This document shows, piece after piece, positions 18,727-27,377 of a stretch of 32,000 bases of DNA. The translations under genes were made by a program, and so were the position numbers. The DNA comes from Mycolicibacterium smegmatis (GTDB lineage: Bacteria; Actinomycetota; Actinomycetes; Mycobacteriales; Mycobacteriaceae): the NCBI RefSeq assembly GCF_001457595.1, contig NZ_LN831039.1, positions 3,720,001-3,752,000 on the forward strand, given 5' to 3'. The number at the start of each line of letters is the position of its first letter. Position 1 is the stretch's first letter. The notes beneath the pieces were generated by a model, which worked only from the letters and a program-made list of their open reading frames with translations, was not told where the DNA came from and searched no databases.

Positions 18727-19494
18727 ATGTCTGACCAGAGCGCCGTGGCCGCGCAACATCCCCACCCGCTGATGGCGCAGCTGGCCGCCCTGCACCACTT
18801 CCGCATCTACGTCGACATCGCGATCGTCGTCGTGGTGCTGGCGATGACCAATCTGATCGCCCACTTCACGACCCCGTGGGCCAGCATCGCGACCGTCCCC
18901 GCGGCAGCCGTCGGACTGCTCGCGCTGGCGCGCGCACGCGGCTGGGGCTGGACCGAGCTGGGCCTGGGCCGCGAACACTGGAAGACGGGTGCGGGCTATG
19001 CGCTCGCCGCGGTGGGTGTGGTTCTCTCGGTGATCGCGATCGGCGCGTTGCTGCCGTGGACGCGACCGATGTTCATGAACGACAACTACGCGACGCTGTC
19101 GGGCGCGCTGATCGCGTCGATGATCATCATCCCGCTGCAGACCGTGATCCCCGAGGAGCTGGCATTCCGCGGCGTGCTGCACGGCGCGCTGGACCGTGCG
19201 TGGGGTTTCCGAGGTGTCGCGGCGGCCGGGTCGCTCCTGTTCGGGATGTGGCACATCGCGACCTCCCTGGGTCTGACGAGCAGCAACGTCGGCTTCACAC
19301 GCCTGTTCGGCGGTGGCATTCTCGGCACCGTCGCCGGCGTCGTGCTCGCAGTCGTCGCCACCGGCATCGCGGGTTTCGTGTTCAGCTGGCTGCGCAGGCG
19401 CAGCGGCAGCCTCCTGGCTCCGATCGCCCTGCACTGGTCGCTCAACGGCATGGGCGCGCTGGCCGCCGCAGTCGTCTGGCACATCTCGACCTGA
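18727..19494 (+). CDS. CPBP family intramembrane glutamic endopeptidase (CAAX protease-like)
   Basis: ORF 18691..19494, likely start ATG 18727. Multiple TM segments; motifs 'PEELAFRGVLHGAL', 'FGMWHIATS', 'ALHWSLNG'. Confidence 0.87.
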   Translation: MSDQSAVAAQHPHPLMAQLAALHHFRIYVDIAIVVVVLAMTNLIAHFTTPWASIATVPAAAVGLLALARARGWGWTELGLGREHWKTGAGYALAAVGVVLSVIAIGALLPWTRPMFMNDNYATLSGALIASMIIIPLQTVIPEELAFRGVLHGALDRAWGFRGVAAAGSLLFGMWHIATSLGLTSSNVGFTRLFGGGILGTVAGVVLAVVATGIAGFVFSWLRRRSGSLLAPIALHWSLNGMGALAAAVVWHIST

Positions 19495-19495
19495 G

Positions 19496-20107
19496 TCAGG
19501 GGCGATCGACGTCGTCCACGTCGGTTCCGGCTTTCCCATCGGCACGGTGGCGCGCGCGGAACTGCCGGTTCTTGAGCTTGTTCCCGCAGACCGACATCGT
19601 GCACCAGGATCCCCCGTGGTTGCGGGAGCGGTCGTAGAACGCCCAGCGGCAGTCCTCGTTGGCGCACGCCTTGAGCCGGCCCCACGTGCCGTCGCGTTGC
19701 GCGTCGCGCATCACGACCAGAAGTTCCACCAGGCGCTCGATGACCGAGTCACCCGCGGCGCACAGTGCCACCTCTCCGTCGGCGCCGAGTTCGGCGCGTG
19801 CGGTCGCACTGTCGGCCACCTGGCGCAGTGCACCGAGCGTCTCGGGCGCGGGCGCGGGACCCCCCACGTTGACCACCAGAAGCGCCCGCAGCGCCTCCCT
19901 GACGCCCAGCAGCAGGTCCATCTCGTCGCGCGTCGGTGTGGATCCGGGGCTCAGCAGGTCGTTGTCGATCAGCCACGGAACGGCGTGGGCGGGATCCGCC
20001 AGCCGGTCCTGCCCGCGCTCGAGGTCGACGGTGTTCACCAGCGCCTGGATGCGCGACAGCGGCCCAGGAGCGGGTTTTGTTTCGCTGTCTCCGGTCCATG
20101 TCACCAT
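19496..20107 (-). CDS. CGNR zinc-finger domain protein (ABATE + CGNR type)
   Basis: C-terminal 'LKACANEDCRWAFYDRSRNHGGSWCTMSVCGNKLKNRQFRAR'. Confidence 0.9.
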   Translation of the reverse strand: MVTWTGDSETKPAPGPLSRIQALVNTVDLERGQDRLADPAHAVPWLIDNDLLSPGSTPTRDEMDLLLGVREALRALLVVNVGGPAPAPETLGALRQVADSATARAELGADGEVALCAAGDSVIERLVELLVVMRDAQRDGTWGRLKACANEDCRWAFYDRSRNHGGSWCTMSVCGNKLKNRQFRARHRADGKAGTDVDDVDRP

Positions 20108-20142
20108 GACCCCACTCTACCCTTCGTGACCGGTGAAATGGT

Positions 20143-20172
20143 TTGACTAGTCATTCATGACCGGCGTAACCT
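20143..20172 (+). promoter_or_regulatory. Candidate sigma-70-type promoter TTGACT - 18 nt - TAACCT
   Basis: Hexamers read at 20143-20148 and 20167-20172, upstream of the 20225 CDS. Confidence 0.45.
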
Positions 20173-20224
20173 TTTAGGAAGTCACGGTCTTGAACCGGAA
20201 TTCGTAACTACACGAGGTAGCGGC

Positions 20225-20716
20225 ATGACTGACAACCGAACTTCACCGGCCCTGGCGCCGGCACCACGCACCCACCGCCGCGTCACCGCAACCCCGGTGG
20301 CCGTGCGCGCCTCGATCCGCGCCCGCATCGAGGCCCGCATCCACGCGAACAAACTCGACGCGGCCCTGGCCGTCGGGGCGCCGACGCCGCCGGGCAGTGC
20401 CATCGCAGTGCGCGCCGACCGGTTGACCTCAGCCTCGGAACGGCACGCCATCGCACGCACGTTGCGACGCGCCGTACGCGACGCTGCGAGTGACATATGG
20501 CAGATCTCGGCACGGGTTCCGTTGCACCGCAAGAACATCGACGAGTGCCGCGAGCTCATCGAGGCGATCGCACAACGCCTGCACGCGCCCGCGCCGGTGA
20601 GCGCACGCGGCATGGCCCGGCTGAGCCGCCTGATCGGCGACGGATGCGGGCCGCTGTACGCGATGGGTCGCGGAGACCTTGCCGGCCGTCTCGGCGCGGC
20701 ACTCGCCGCGCTCTAG
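20225..20716 (+). CDS. Hypothetical protein, 163 aa
   Basis: Isolated ORF with preceding candidate promoter and GAGGTAG-like ribosome-binding region; no recognised domain. Confidence 0.7.
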   Translation: MTDNRTSPALAPAPRTHRRVTATPVAVRASIRARIEARIHANKLDAALAVGAPTPPGSAIAVRADRLTSASERHAIARTLRRAVRDAASDIWQISARVPLHRKNIDECRELIEAIAQRLHAPAPVSARGMARLSRLIGDGCGPLYAMGRGDLAGRLGAALAAL

Positions 20717-20730
20717 GTTCACCGCGGGGT

Positions 20731-21744
20731 TCACAGAACGAGCACCGCGGCGCCCGAGATCCGCCCGGCGCCCAGATCCGCCAGGGCCTGATCCGCACGG
20801 TCCAGCGGATACTCCGGCGTGGTCACCTGCATGCGGTGTTCGGCGACGAACGACAAGAACTCGCGGGCATCGGCCCGGGTGTTGGCGGTGACCGACCGGA
20901 TCTCGCGCTCCTGGAACAGGTGGTCCTGGTAGTTGAGTGACGGGATGTCGCTGAGGTGGATGCCCGCGATCGCCAGCACGCCGCCGCGGTCCAGCGCGGC
21001 CATCGCGGGCAGGACCAGATCGCCGACGGGGGCGAACAGGATCGCCGCGTCGAGCGGTTCGGGCGGCATGTCGGTGGCGCCCTGCGCCGACGCCGCGCCC
21101 AGCGCGAGCGCGAGTTCACGAGCCTGCTCACCACGGGTCATGACGTGCACGCGCGCACCCCGCGCCAATGCCACCTGAGCCGTGAGGTGCGCGCTGCCAC
21201 CGAAGCCGTAGATGCCGAGGCGCCCGCTCGCAGGAAGCCCGGTGCGCATGAGAGCGCGATAGCCGATGATGCCCGCGCACAGCAGCGGGGCCAGTTCGGT
21301 GTCTGAGTACCCGCCAGGCAGACGATGCGCGTATGCCGCGGGCACCGTGGTGTATTCGGCATAACCGCCGTCGGCATCCCACCCTGTGTACCGCGATTCG
21401 GGGCACAGGTTTTCCCGCCCGCGCAGGCAGTATGCGCACCGGCCGCACGTGTATCGCAGCCAGGCGACACCTACGCGGTCACCTGCGGCGAACCCGTGCA
21501 CGTCGGGACCGGCCGCGACAACTTCGCCGACCACCTCGTGGCCCGGGATCACATTGGGCCGGTGTACCGCCAGATCACCTTCGGCAACATGCAGGTCCGT
21601 GCGGCACACGCCGCACGCACGAACCGCGACGAGAAGTTCGCCGTCGCCCGGTTCCGGCCTGGGCACCGTCGCGCGGTGCAGAGGGCGCGTGTCGACCGGC
21701 CCCGGGCTGACGACCTGCCATGCGGTCATGGCGGAGGAGCTCAT
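20731..21744 (-). CDS. adhA: Zinc-dependent alcohol dehydrogenase, AdhA-like
   Basis: '[31 protein letters not shown]', '[34 protein letters not shown]', '[12 protein letters not shown]'. Start may be 21744 or 21729. Confidence 0.87.
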   Translation of the reverse strand: MSSSAMTAWQVVSPGPVDTRPLHRATVPRPEPGDGELLVAVRACGVCRTDLHVAEGDLAVHRPNVIPGHEVVGEVVAAGPDVHGFAAGDRVGVAWLRYTCGRCAYCLRGRENLCPESRYTGWDADGGYAEYTTVPAAYAHRLPGGYSDTELAPLLCAGIIGYRALMRTGLPASGRLGIYGFGGSAHLTAQVALARGARVHVMTRGEQARELALALGAASAQGATDMPPEPLDAAILFAPVGDLVLPAMAALDRGGVLAIAGIHLSDIPSLNYQDHLFQEREIRSVTANTRADAREFLSFVAEHRMQVTTPEYPLDRADQALADLGAGRISGAAVLVL

Positions 21745-21764
21745 GACCTATGTATTACCGGGAG

Positions 21765-22067
21765 TCAGCTACGGCTGCGCACCATACCGACAAGCCACAG
21801 CAGGATCACCGAGCCCAGGATGGCCGTGAACAGGGTGAACCACCAGCCGCCGCCCGCGGTGTCGAGGAAGAAGCTGAGCAAAAAGCCGCCGATGAGCGCG
21901 CCGACCACTCCGATGACGATGTTCATCAGGAGCCCCGATCCGCCGCCTTTGACGATCTTGCCCGCGATCCAGCCGGCGATCGCGCCGATGATGATGTAGC
22001 CGATCCAGCCGACACTCGTCAGCGTGCTCGAGCGCGCCAGGATCTCGGTTGCTGCCAGTACGTCCAT
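21765..22067 (-). CDS. GlsB/YeaQ/YmgE family (transglycosylase-associated) small membrane protein
   Basis: 'IGYIIIGAIAGWIAGKIVKGGGSGLLMNIVIGVVGALIGGFLLSFF' is characteristic. Confidence 0.9.
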   Translation of the reverse strand: MDVLAATEILARSSTLTSVGWIGYIIIGAIAGWIAGKIVKGGGSGLLMNIVIGVVGALIGGFLLSFFLDTAGGGWWFTLFTAILGSVILLWLVGMVRSRS

Positions 22068-22174
22068 TAGAGGCCTCCTTGCCTTTCTTGGCCGCCCAAC
22101 TCGGGCCTTACGCCCTGGCTCGGCTCCTTCGCCGGGCCACTTCCAGGTCTACCCCGCGAACGTAACGATTTAGC

Positions 22175-22198
22175 CGACCGATCGAACACGATCGGTCG
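22175..22198. promoter_or_regulatory. Perfect inverted repeat CGACCGATCG-AACA-CGATCGGTCG
   Basis: 10-bp perfect arms and 4-nt spacer in the divergent intergenic region between the 21765-22067 (-) and 22549-22806 (+) genes. Confidence 0.6.
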
Positions 22199-22285
22199 TC
22201 GGTGCGAGGGGCATCGACGATGCACGGACTGGGCCGGCTACGTTCCGCCGACAGCGAAACGCACATATGGCAAAGGAATTCCCCG

Positions 22286-22314
22286 TTGTCGGGACACAAG
22301 CAGTTAGCTACCCT
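22286..22314 (+). promoter_or_regulatory. Candidate promoter TTGTCG - 17 nt - TACCCT
   Basis: Hexamers at 22286-22291 and 22309-22314; would produce a leader of more than 200 nt before the 22549 CDS. Confidence 0.35.
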
Positions 22315-22548
22315 AGTCATTATCTGGCAACTTGCTGTGATCACGCGGCGGCGCGAGCCGCACCGCTGCCGTCGAGATTGGGATGTTGCTATGTGCAGCA
22401 CATACCGCCGGGTGGCGCGCCCCGCGTGCGTCGCGATCCCCGCGCGTGCCGACGCATCAGCTATCTCACATCCACCCCGTCAGTCACATTGTTCACACGT
22501 GTCACAGCATCGGTTAGGCAAATGATGCCGACGTGCGAGGAGGCAACG

Positions 22549-22806
22549 ATGAAGGCACTGATCGGACTGGCTGTCGGCGCACTCGCGGCCGGCGGCATCG
22601 CCCTGGCGACGGCGTCGCCTGCGAGTGCCGGATGTCAGGGTGGATGGACACCGTGGGGTGGCGGGACCACGTGTGACGGGCCCATCGCCCAGGACGGCAC
22701 GTTCCAGCGCTGCGTCACCGCGGGCGCTCTCGGCTTCGGCGGCACCAACTGCTACCTGCTGAACGTCAACAACCTCGCGGGCAACATCCCGTACGTCGGG
22801 CCGTAG
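22549..22806 (+). CDS. Small secreted protein (85 aa) with signal peptide and four cysteines in the predicted mature part
   Basis: ATG 22549 preceded by GAGGAGG; signal peptide MKALIGLAVGALAAGGIALATASPASA followed by GCQGGWTPWGGGTTCDGPIAQDGTFQRC...NCY. The longer ORF 22267..22806 is an upstream extension. Confidence 0.85.
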   Translation: MKALIGLAVGALAAGGIALATASPASAGCQGGWTPWGGGTTCDGPIAQDGTFQRCVTAGALGFGGTNCYLLNVNNLAGNIPYVGP

Positions 22807-22822
22807 AGCGAAACACAAAAGC

Positions 22823-22857
22823 GAACGACCCCGGACCCATGCGGGCCGGGGTCGTTC
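22823..22857. terminator. Bidirectional intrinsic terminator-like hairpin between convergent genes
   Basis: GAACGACCCCGG(A)CCC-ATGC-GGGCCGGGGTCGTTC, 12 perfect base pairs plus 3 more after a 1-nt bulge; minus-strand side continues with CGCTTTTGTGTTTCG. Confidence 0.75.
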
Positions 22858-22869
22858 ACCACGTGCGGA

Positions 22870-23913
22870 TCAGGCCGGAGGCATCATCTCCGGCGGCGCA
22901 TCGGTCACCGGGACCGGAACGCCGACGCCGGGGCGGGCCGGCGGCGCGTTGGGATCCGGCGGCGGAGGTGCCGCGTTGGGATCGGCCGGATCGGCCGGAG
23001 CGGGCGGCGGAGGCGGCGGAGGCGCCCACGGGCGGATCGAATTCGCCAGTGCCACAGCGGCATCCTTGTCGATCGGGTTGTTCGCAGTGCCCAGCCACAC
23101 GACGAACCAGCGTTCGGGCGTGCGCTGTCCGCGCGGCGTACCGGGCGCGACCGGCTGCCCGACCACGCCGGCCCAGATCTGACCGGCAGGCTTGTTGGCG
23201 TCGGTGAATTTGACCTCGTAATACGACGCCACGCCGGGCATACCGTCGGCGTTCAGCTGCACGGTCTGCTGATTGACCCGCGTACCGGGGAACGGCATGA
23301 AGAACTCACCCATGTCGGAGGCGAGTCGCACGGCGGCCTTGTTGTTGTCGGGTTCGGCGCCCGCGAAGAGCTTGAGGTCAAGACGGCCCAGCAGCACGCT
23401 GGTGTCGTTCGGCGGCTCGGCACCCTCGGCAACGGTCTTGGTCAGCAACGCCTGGCCGTACGAGAGCTGCGTGGCGTCCGACACCTGCCAACCCTCGGGA
23501 ACCACATAGCTGAAGCCACCCGCCGCGTTGTCGACGCGGCCGGGCTCGGGCGCAGGCGGCTCCTCGGCAGGTGCGGGCGCGGGTGCGTTCGGATCGGCGG
23601 GCGCGGGTGCGGGCGCATTGGGATCGGCGGGCGCGGGTGCCGGAGCAGGCGCCGGGGCCGGAGCACCAGGAGCCGGCGCCGGGGCAGGTGCGGGAGCCGG
23701 AGCAGGCGCGGGAGCCGGAGCGGGCGCGTTCGGGTCTGCAGGCGGCGGCGCGGGCAGGAAGGTGTTACCGGGCGGCGGCGGTGGCGGCTCGGGATCCGCG
23801 TGCGCCACCGACGGCAGCGCCACCGCGACCGCCGTCATGCCGGTCACCGCAGCCAGCGTCAGCTTCTTCGACAGACCTGAGCGTCGATGAGACATCGAGT
23901 CCGACTCGTACAT
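22870..23913 (-). CDS. apa: Alanine/proline-rich secreted protein Apa (fibronectin attachment protein, FAP/ModD-type)
   Basis: Signal peptide, long (AP)n/[11 protein letters not shown] tract, conserved '[13 protein letters not shown]', 'YGQALLTK', second Pro-rich C-terminal tail; synteny with ndh and urease. Start may be 23895 (MSHRRSG). Confidence 0.92.
   Translation of the reverse strand: MYESDSMSHRRSGLSKKLTLAAVTGMTAVAVALPSVAHADPEPPPPPPGNTFLPAPPPADPNAPAPAPAPAPAPAPAPAPAPGAPAPAPAPAPAPADPNAPAPAPADPNAPAPAPAEEPPAPEPGRVDNAAGGFSYVVPEGWQVSDATQLSYGQALLTKTVAEGAEPPNDTSVLLGRLDLKLFAGAEPDNNKAAVRLASDMGEFFMPFPGTRVNQQTVQLNADGMPGVASYYEVKFTDANKPAGQIWAGVVGQPVAPGTPRGQRTPERWFVVWLGTANNPIDKDAAVALANSIRPWAPPPPPPPAPADPADPNAAPPPPDPNAPPARPGVGVPVPVTDAPPEMMPPA
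23571..23740 (-). repeat. Low-complexity Ala/Pro codon repeats within apa ([10 protein letters not shown]… / APAPAPAP…)
   Basis: Degenerate GGTGCGGGC(GCGGGT)-type tandem repeats on the + strand, encoding the Ala-Pro repeats. Confidence 0.85.
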
Positions 23914-24280
23914 GGGGAAGAAACTACCGTGTTACGGCCGTGACGCAAGTGTGAGTTGCTCTTAGAGTGTTTTTCTGAGAGGTTGCTGAGCACAGCGACA
24001 GTAGAAGTCAATGGCATGAAGGCCAGTTGCTGGCACGACGAGGCCCGGACCGCCACGCCGAGGCCGTCAGACTCCCGCCGGCAACACCGTACCGCCCGTA
24101 TTCTGACCGTTTAATCGCGCCCCGCGCGCGCCGCGTTACGACTCCGGGGACCGCTCGCGAGCGAACTTCGGCACGCGAGCACGGGCGCGTTGAGTTTCGT
24201 CAGCTAGCTACCGTCCAGTAACATTGGGGGCTGATCACCCGCCGACCGGCGTGGTGATCCCCGGTACATGGAGGTACATC

Positions 24281-24952
24281 ATGGCGGAGGTGCTGGTCAC
24301 CGGCGGCGACACCGAACTCGGACGCGCGATCGCGCAGGGTTTTCGGGACGCAGGCCACAATGTGGTGATCGCGGGCGCCCGCCGCGACGATCTTGAGGTC
24401 GCCGCCAAGGAACTGGATATCGAATCGATCGTCTTCGACAACACCGACGCAGCGAGCCTCGAAGCCGTGCGCGGCCAGTTCCCGCACCACCTCGACACCC
24501 TGGTCAACGTGCCCGCCCCGCGCTGGGAGGCCAAGGATCCCCGTACCTACACGCTCGCCGACCTGGCCTCGGCGTGGCGCAACAACCTCGACGCGACCGT
24601 GGTGTCGGCGGCGCTGACGGTGCAGATCGTGGGCGACCACCTCCGCTCCGGCGGTTCGATCGTCAACGTCCTGCCGGAGAGCGCCAAGGAGGGCAGCGTC
24701 GAGGCCGCGATCAAAGCCGCGCTGTCGGACTGGACCGCCGGACAGGCGGATTTCTTCGGCACCCGGGGCATCACCATCAACGCGGTCGCCGCGGGTCGCA
24801 GCGCCGAGCAGGCCTACGACGGGCTGACCCGCACTCCCCCGTCGGTCGCCGACGAGTTCACCAGGCTGGCGCTGTTCCTGTCGACGCCGGCCGCGCGGCA
24901 CATCACCGGGCAGACGCTGCACGTCAGCCGCGGTGCGCTCGCCACCGTCTGA
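24281..24952 (+). CDS. SDR-fold protein with atypical catalytic motifs
   Basis: ORF 24224..24952, likely start ATG 24281 (upstream GGAGG). 'MAEVLVTGGDTELGRAIAQGFRDAGHNVVIAGAR' Rossmann start; ends 'TGQTLHVSRGALATV'. Confidence 0.85.
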   Translation: MAEVLVTGGDTELGRAIAQGFRDAGHNVVIAGARRDDLEVAAKELDIESIVFDNTDAASLEAVRGQFPHHLDTLVNVPAPRWEAKDPRTYTLADLASAWRNNLDATVVSAALTVQIVGDHLRSGGSIVNVLPESAKEGSVEAAIKAALSDWTAGQADFFGTRGITINAVAAGRSAEQAYDGLTRTPPSVADEFTRLALFLSTPAARHITGQTLHVSRGALATV

Positions 24953-24974
24953 CAACGCGTTTAGGGTCGGAGAA

Positions 24975-25904
24975 GTGACAATCCGACTCGCTCTCCAGAT
25001 TCCCAACTTCAGCTACGGCACCGGCGTCGAAGAACTCTTCCCCACCGTCATCGCGCAGGCCAAAGAAGCCGAGGACGCGGGGTTCGACACCGTGTTCGTG
25101 ATGGACCACTTCTACCAATTGCCGGGCATCGGTGAACCCGAGGAACCGATGCTGGAGGCCTACACCGCGCTCGGCGGCCTGGCCACCGCGACCGAACGCG
25201 TGCAACTGGGCACGCTCGTCACGGGCAACACCTACCGCAATCCCACCCTGCTGGCCAAGGCCATCACGACGCTCGACGTGGTCAGCCGCGGCCGCGCGGT
25301 GCTCGGCCTCGGCACCGGGTGGTTCGAACTCGAGCACGACCAACTCGGTTACGAATTCGGCACATTCACGCAGCGCTTCGAAAAGCTCGACGAGGCACTG
25401 CAGATCATCCTGCCGATGCTCAAAGGCGAGCGCCCCACGTTCAGCGGGAAGTACTACCGCACCGAGAACGCGCTGGCCAATCCCCGCTTCCGCGACCACA
25501 TTCCGTTGATGATCGGCGGTAGCGGCGAGAAGAAGACGATCCCCATGGCCGTCCGCCACTTCGACCACCTCAACGTGATCGCCGGATTCGACGAACTGGC
25601 GCGCAAACTCGACGTCATCAAGAAGAACTGCGACGAGATCGACCGGGATCCGGCGACGCTGGAGACCAGCGTGCTGCTGAGCGCGATCATCGACGAGAAC
25701 GCATCACTCGACGCGATCCCCGAACCGTTCAGGCAGCGCAGCGTCGTGGGAACGCCCGAGCAGATCGCCGAACAGGTCAAGACCAAGGTGCTCGATCTGG
25801 GCATCGACGGCGTCGCGATCAACATCCCCACGTGGCAGCTCGGATACCGCCCAGGAGACATCACAGCCATCGGCGAAGCGTTGAAACCACTGATATCTGG
25901 GTAG
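24975..25904 (+). CDS. LLM-class flavin-dependent oxidoreductase
   Basis: ORF 24933..25904, likely GTG start 24975 (VTIRLALQIPNFSYGTG). 'LGTLVTGNTYRNPTLLAKAITTLDVVSRGRAVLGLGTGWFELEHDQLGYEF'. Confidence 0.9.
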   Translation: MTIRLALQIPNFSYGTGVEELFPTVIAQAKEAEDAGFDTVFVMDHFYQLPGIGEPEEPMLEAYTALGGLATATERVQLGTLVTGNTYRNPTLLAKAITTLDVVSRGRAVLGLGTGWFELEHDQLGYEFGTFTQRFEKLDEALQIILPMLKGERPTFSGKYYRTENALANPRFRDHIPLMIGGSGEKKTIPMAVRHFDHLNVIAGFDELARKLDVIKKNCDEIDRDPATLETSVLLSAIIDENASLDAIPEPFRQRSVVGTPEQIAEQVKTKVLDLGIDGVAINIPTWQLGYRPGDITAIGEALKPLISG

Positions 25905-26003
25905 ACGTTCGGTGCGGTTGCCCACGTCACCGCGCTGTGGGGAATCGCGCCGACTAATCTGTTCGTTGTACCGAGTGGTAGAAAACGTTTGCGAGGAGCA
26001 TCA

Positions 26004-27377
26004 ATGAGCCATCCCGGAGCTACGGCGTCGGATCGGCATAAAGTCGTCATCATCGGTTCGGGTTTCGGTGGTCTCACCGCTGCCAAGACCCTCAAGCGCG
26101 CTGACGTCGACGTCAAGCTAATCGCCCGTACCACGCACCACCTCTTCCAGCCGCTGCTCTACCAGGTGGCGACCGGCATCATCTCCGAGGGCGAGATCGC
26201 CCCGGCCACTCGAGTGATCCTCCGCAAGCAGAAGAACGCCCAGGTCCTTCTCGGCGATGTGACGCACATCGATCTGGAGAACAAGACCGTGGATTCGGTG
26301 CTGCTCGGTCACACCTACTCGACGCCCTACGACAGCCTCATCATCGCCGCGGGCGCGGGTCAGTCCTACTTCGGCAACGACCACTTCGCCGAGTTCGCAC
26401 CCGGCATGAAGTCGATCGACGATGCGCTGGAGTTGCGCGGTCGCATCCTCGGCGCGTTCGAACAGGCCGAGCGCTCCAGCGACCCGGTGCGCCGCGCGAA
26501 GTTGCTGACGTTCACCGTCGTCGGCGCGGGCCCGACCGGCGTCGAGATGGCCGGACAGATCGCCGAATTGGCCGACCAGACTTTGCGGGGCAGCTTCCGC
26601 CACATCGATCCCACCGAGGCCCGGGTGATCCTGCTCGACGCCGCACCGGCCGTGCTACCGCCCATGGGCGAGAAGCTCGGCAAGAAGGCGCGGGCCCGTC
26701 TGGAGAAGATGGGCGTCGAGGTCCAGCTGGGTGCGATGGTCACCGACGTCGACCGCAACGGCATCACCGTCAAGGATTCCGACGGGACCATCCGTCGCAT
26801 CGAGTCGGCGTGCAAGGTGTGGTCGGCCGGTGTGTCGGCCAGCCCTCTCGGCAAGGATCTCGCCGAGCAGTCGGGTGTCGAACTCGACCGCGCGGGCCGG
26901 GTCAAGGTACAGCCCGACCTGACGCTGCCCGGTCACCCGAACGTGTTCGTCGTGGGCGACATGGCGGCCGTCGAGGGCGTGCCCGGTGTGGCGCAGGGCG
27001 CCATCCAGGGTGGCCGCTACGCCGCGAAGATCATCAAGCGTGAGGTCAGTGGCACCAGCCCGAAGATCCGCACGCCGTTCGAGTACTTCGACAAGGGCTC
27101 GATGGCGACGGTGTCGAGGTTCTCCGCGGTGGCCAAGGTGGGTCCCGTCGAGTTCGCGGGCTTCTTCGCCTGGTTGTGCTGGCTCGTGCTGCACCTGGTG
27201 TACCTGGTCGGGTTCAAGACGAAGATCGTCACACTGCTGTCGTGGGGCGTGACGTTCCTGAGCACCAAGCGTGGTCAGCTCACCATCACCGAGCAGCAGG
27301 CCTATGCGCGAACCCGCATCGAGGAGCTCGAGGAGATCGCGGCGGCGGTGCAGGACACCGAGAAAGCCGCGTCCTAG
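26004..27377 (+). CDS. ndh: Type II NADH dehydrogenase (NDH-2)
   Basis: ORF 25989..27377, likely start 26004 (GAGGAG upstream). 'VVIIGSGFGGLTAAKTLKRADVDVKLIARTTHHLFQPLLYQVATGIISEGEIAPATR', 'FTVVGAGPTGVEMAGQIAEL', C-terminal hydrophobic segments. Confidence 0.96.
   Translation: MSHPGATASDRHKVVIIGSGFGGLTAAKTLKRADVDVKLIARTTHHLFQPLLYQVATGIISEGEIAPATRVILRKQKNAQVLLGDVTHIDLENKTVDSVLLGHTYSTPYDSLIIAAGAGQSYFGNDHFAEFAPGMKSIDDALELRGRILGAFEQAERSSDPVRRAKLLTFTVVGAGPTGVEMAGQIAELADQTLRGSFRHIDPTEARVILLDAAPAVLPPMGEKLGKKARARLEKMGVEVQLGAMVTDVDRNGITVKDSDGTIRRIESACKVWSAGVSASPLGKDLAEQSGVELDRAGRVKVQPDLTLPGHPNVFVVGDMAAVEGVPGVAQGAIQGGRYAAKIIKREVSGTSPKIRTPFEYFDKGSMATVSRFSAVAKVGPVEFAGFFAWLCWLVLHLVYLVGFKTKIVTLLSWGVTFLSTKRGQLTITEQQAYARTRIEELEEIAAAVQDTEKAAS

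Noticed and set aside
22202-22525. 107-aa plus-strand ORF (MRGASTMHGLGRLRSAD…) upstream of the secreted-protein gene
   Set aside because: No coding-like composition and it covers a region with promoter-like and palindromic elements; retained only as a possible leader, not a protein.
23571-23740. Periodic GC-rich repeats resembling a repeat array or CRISPR-like structure
   Set aside because: No spacer structure; the repeats are codons for the Ala-Pro tract of apa.
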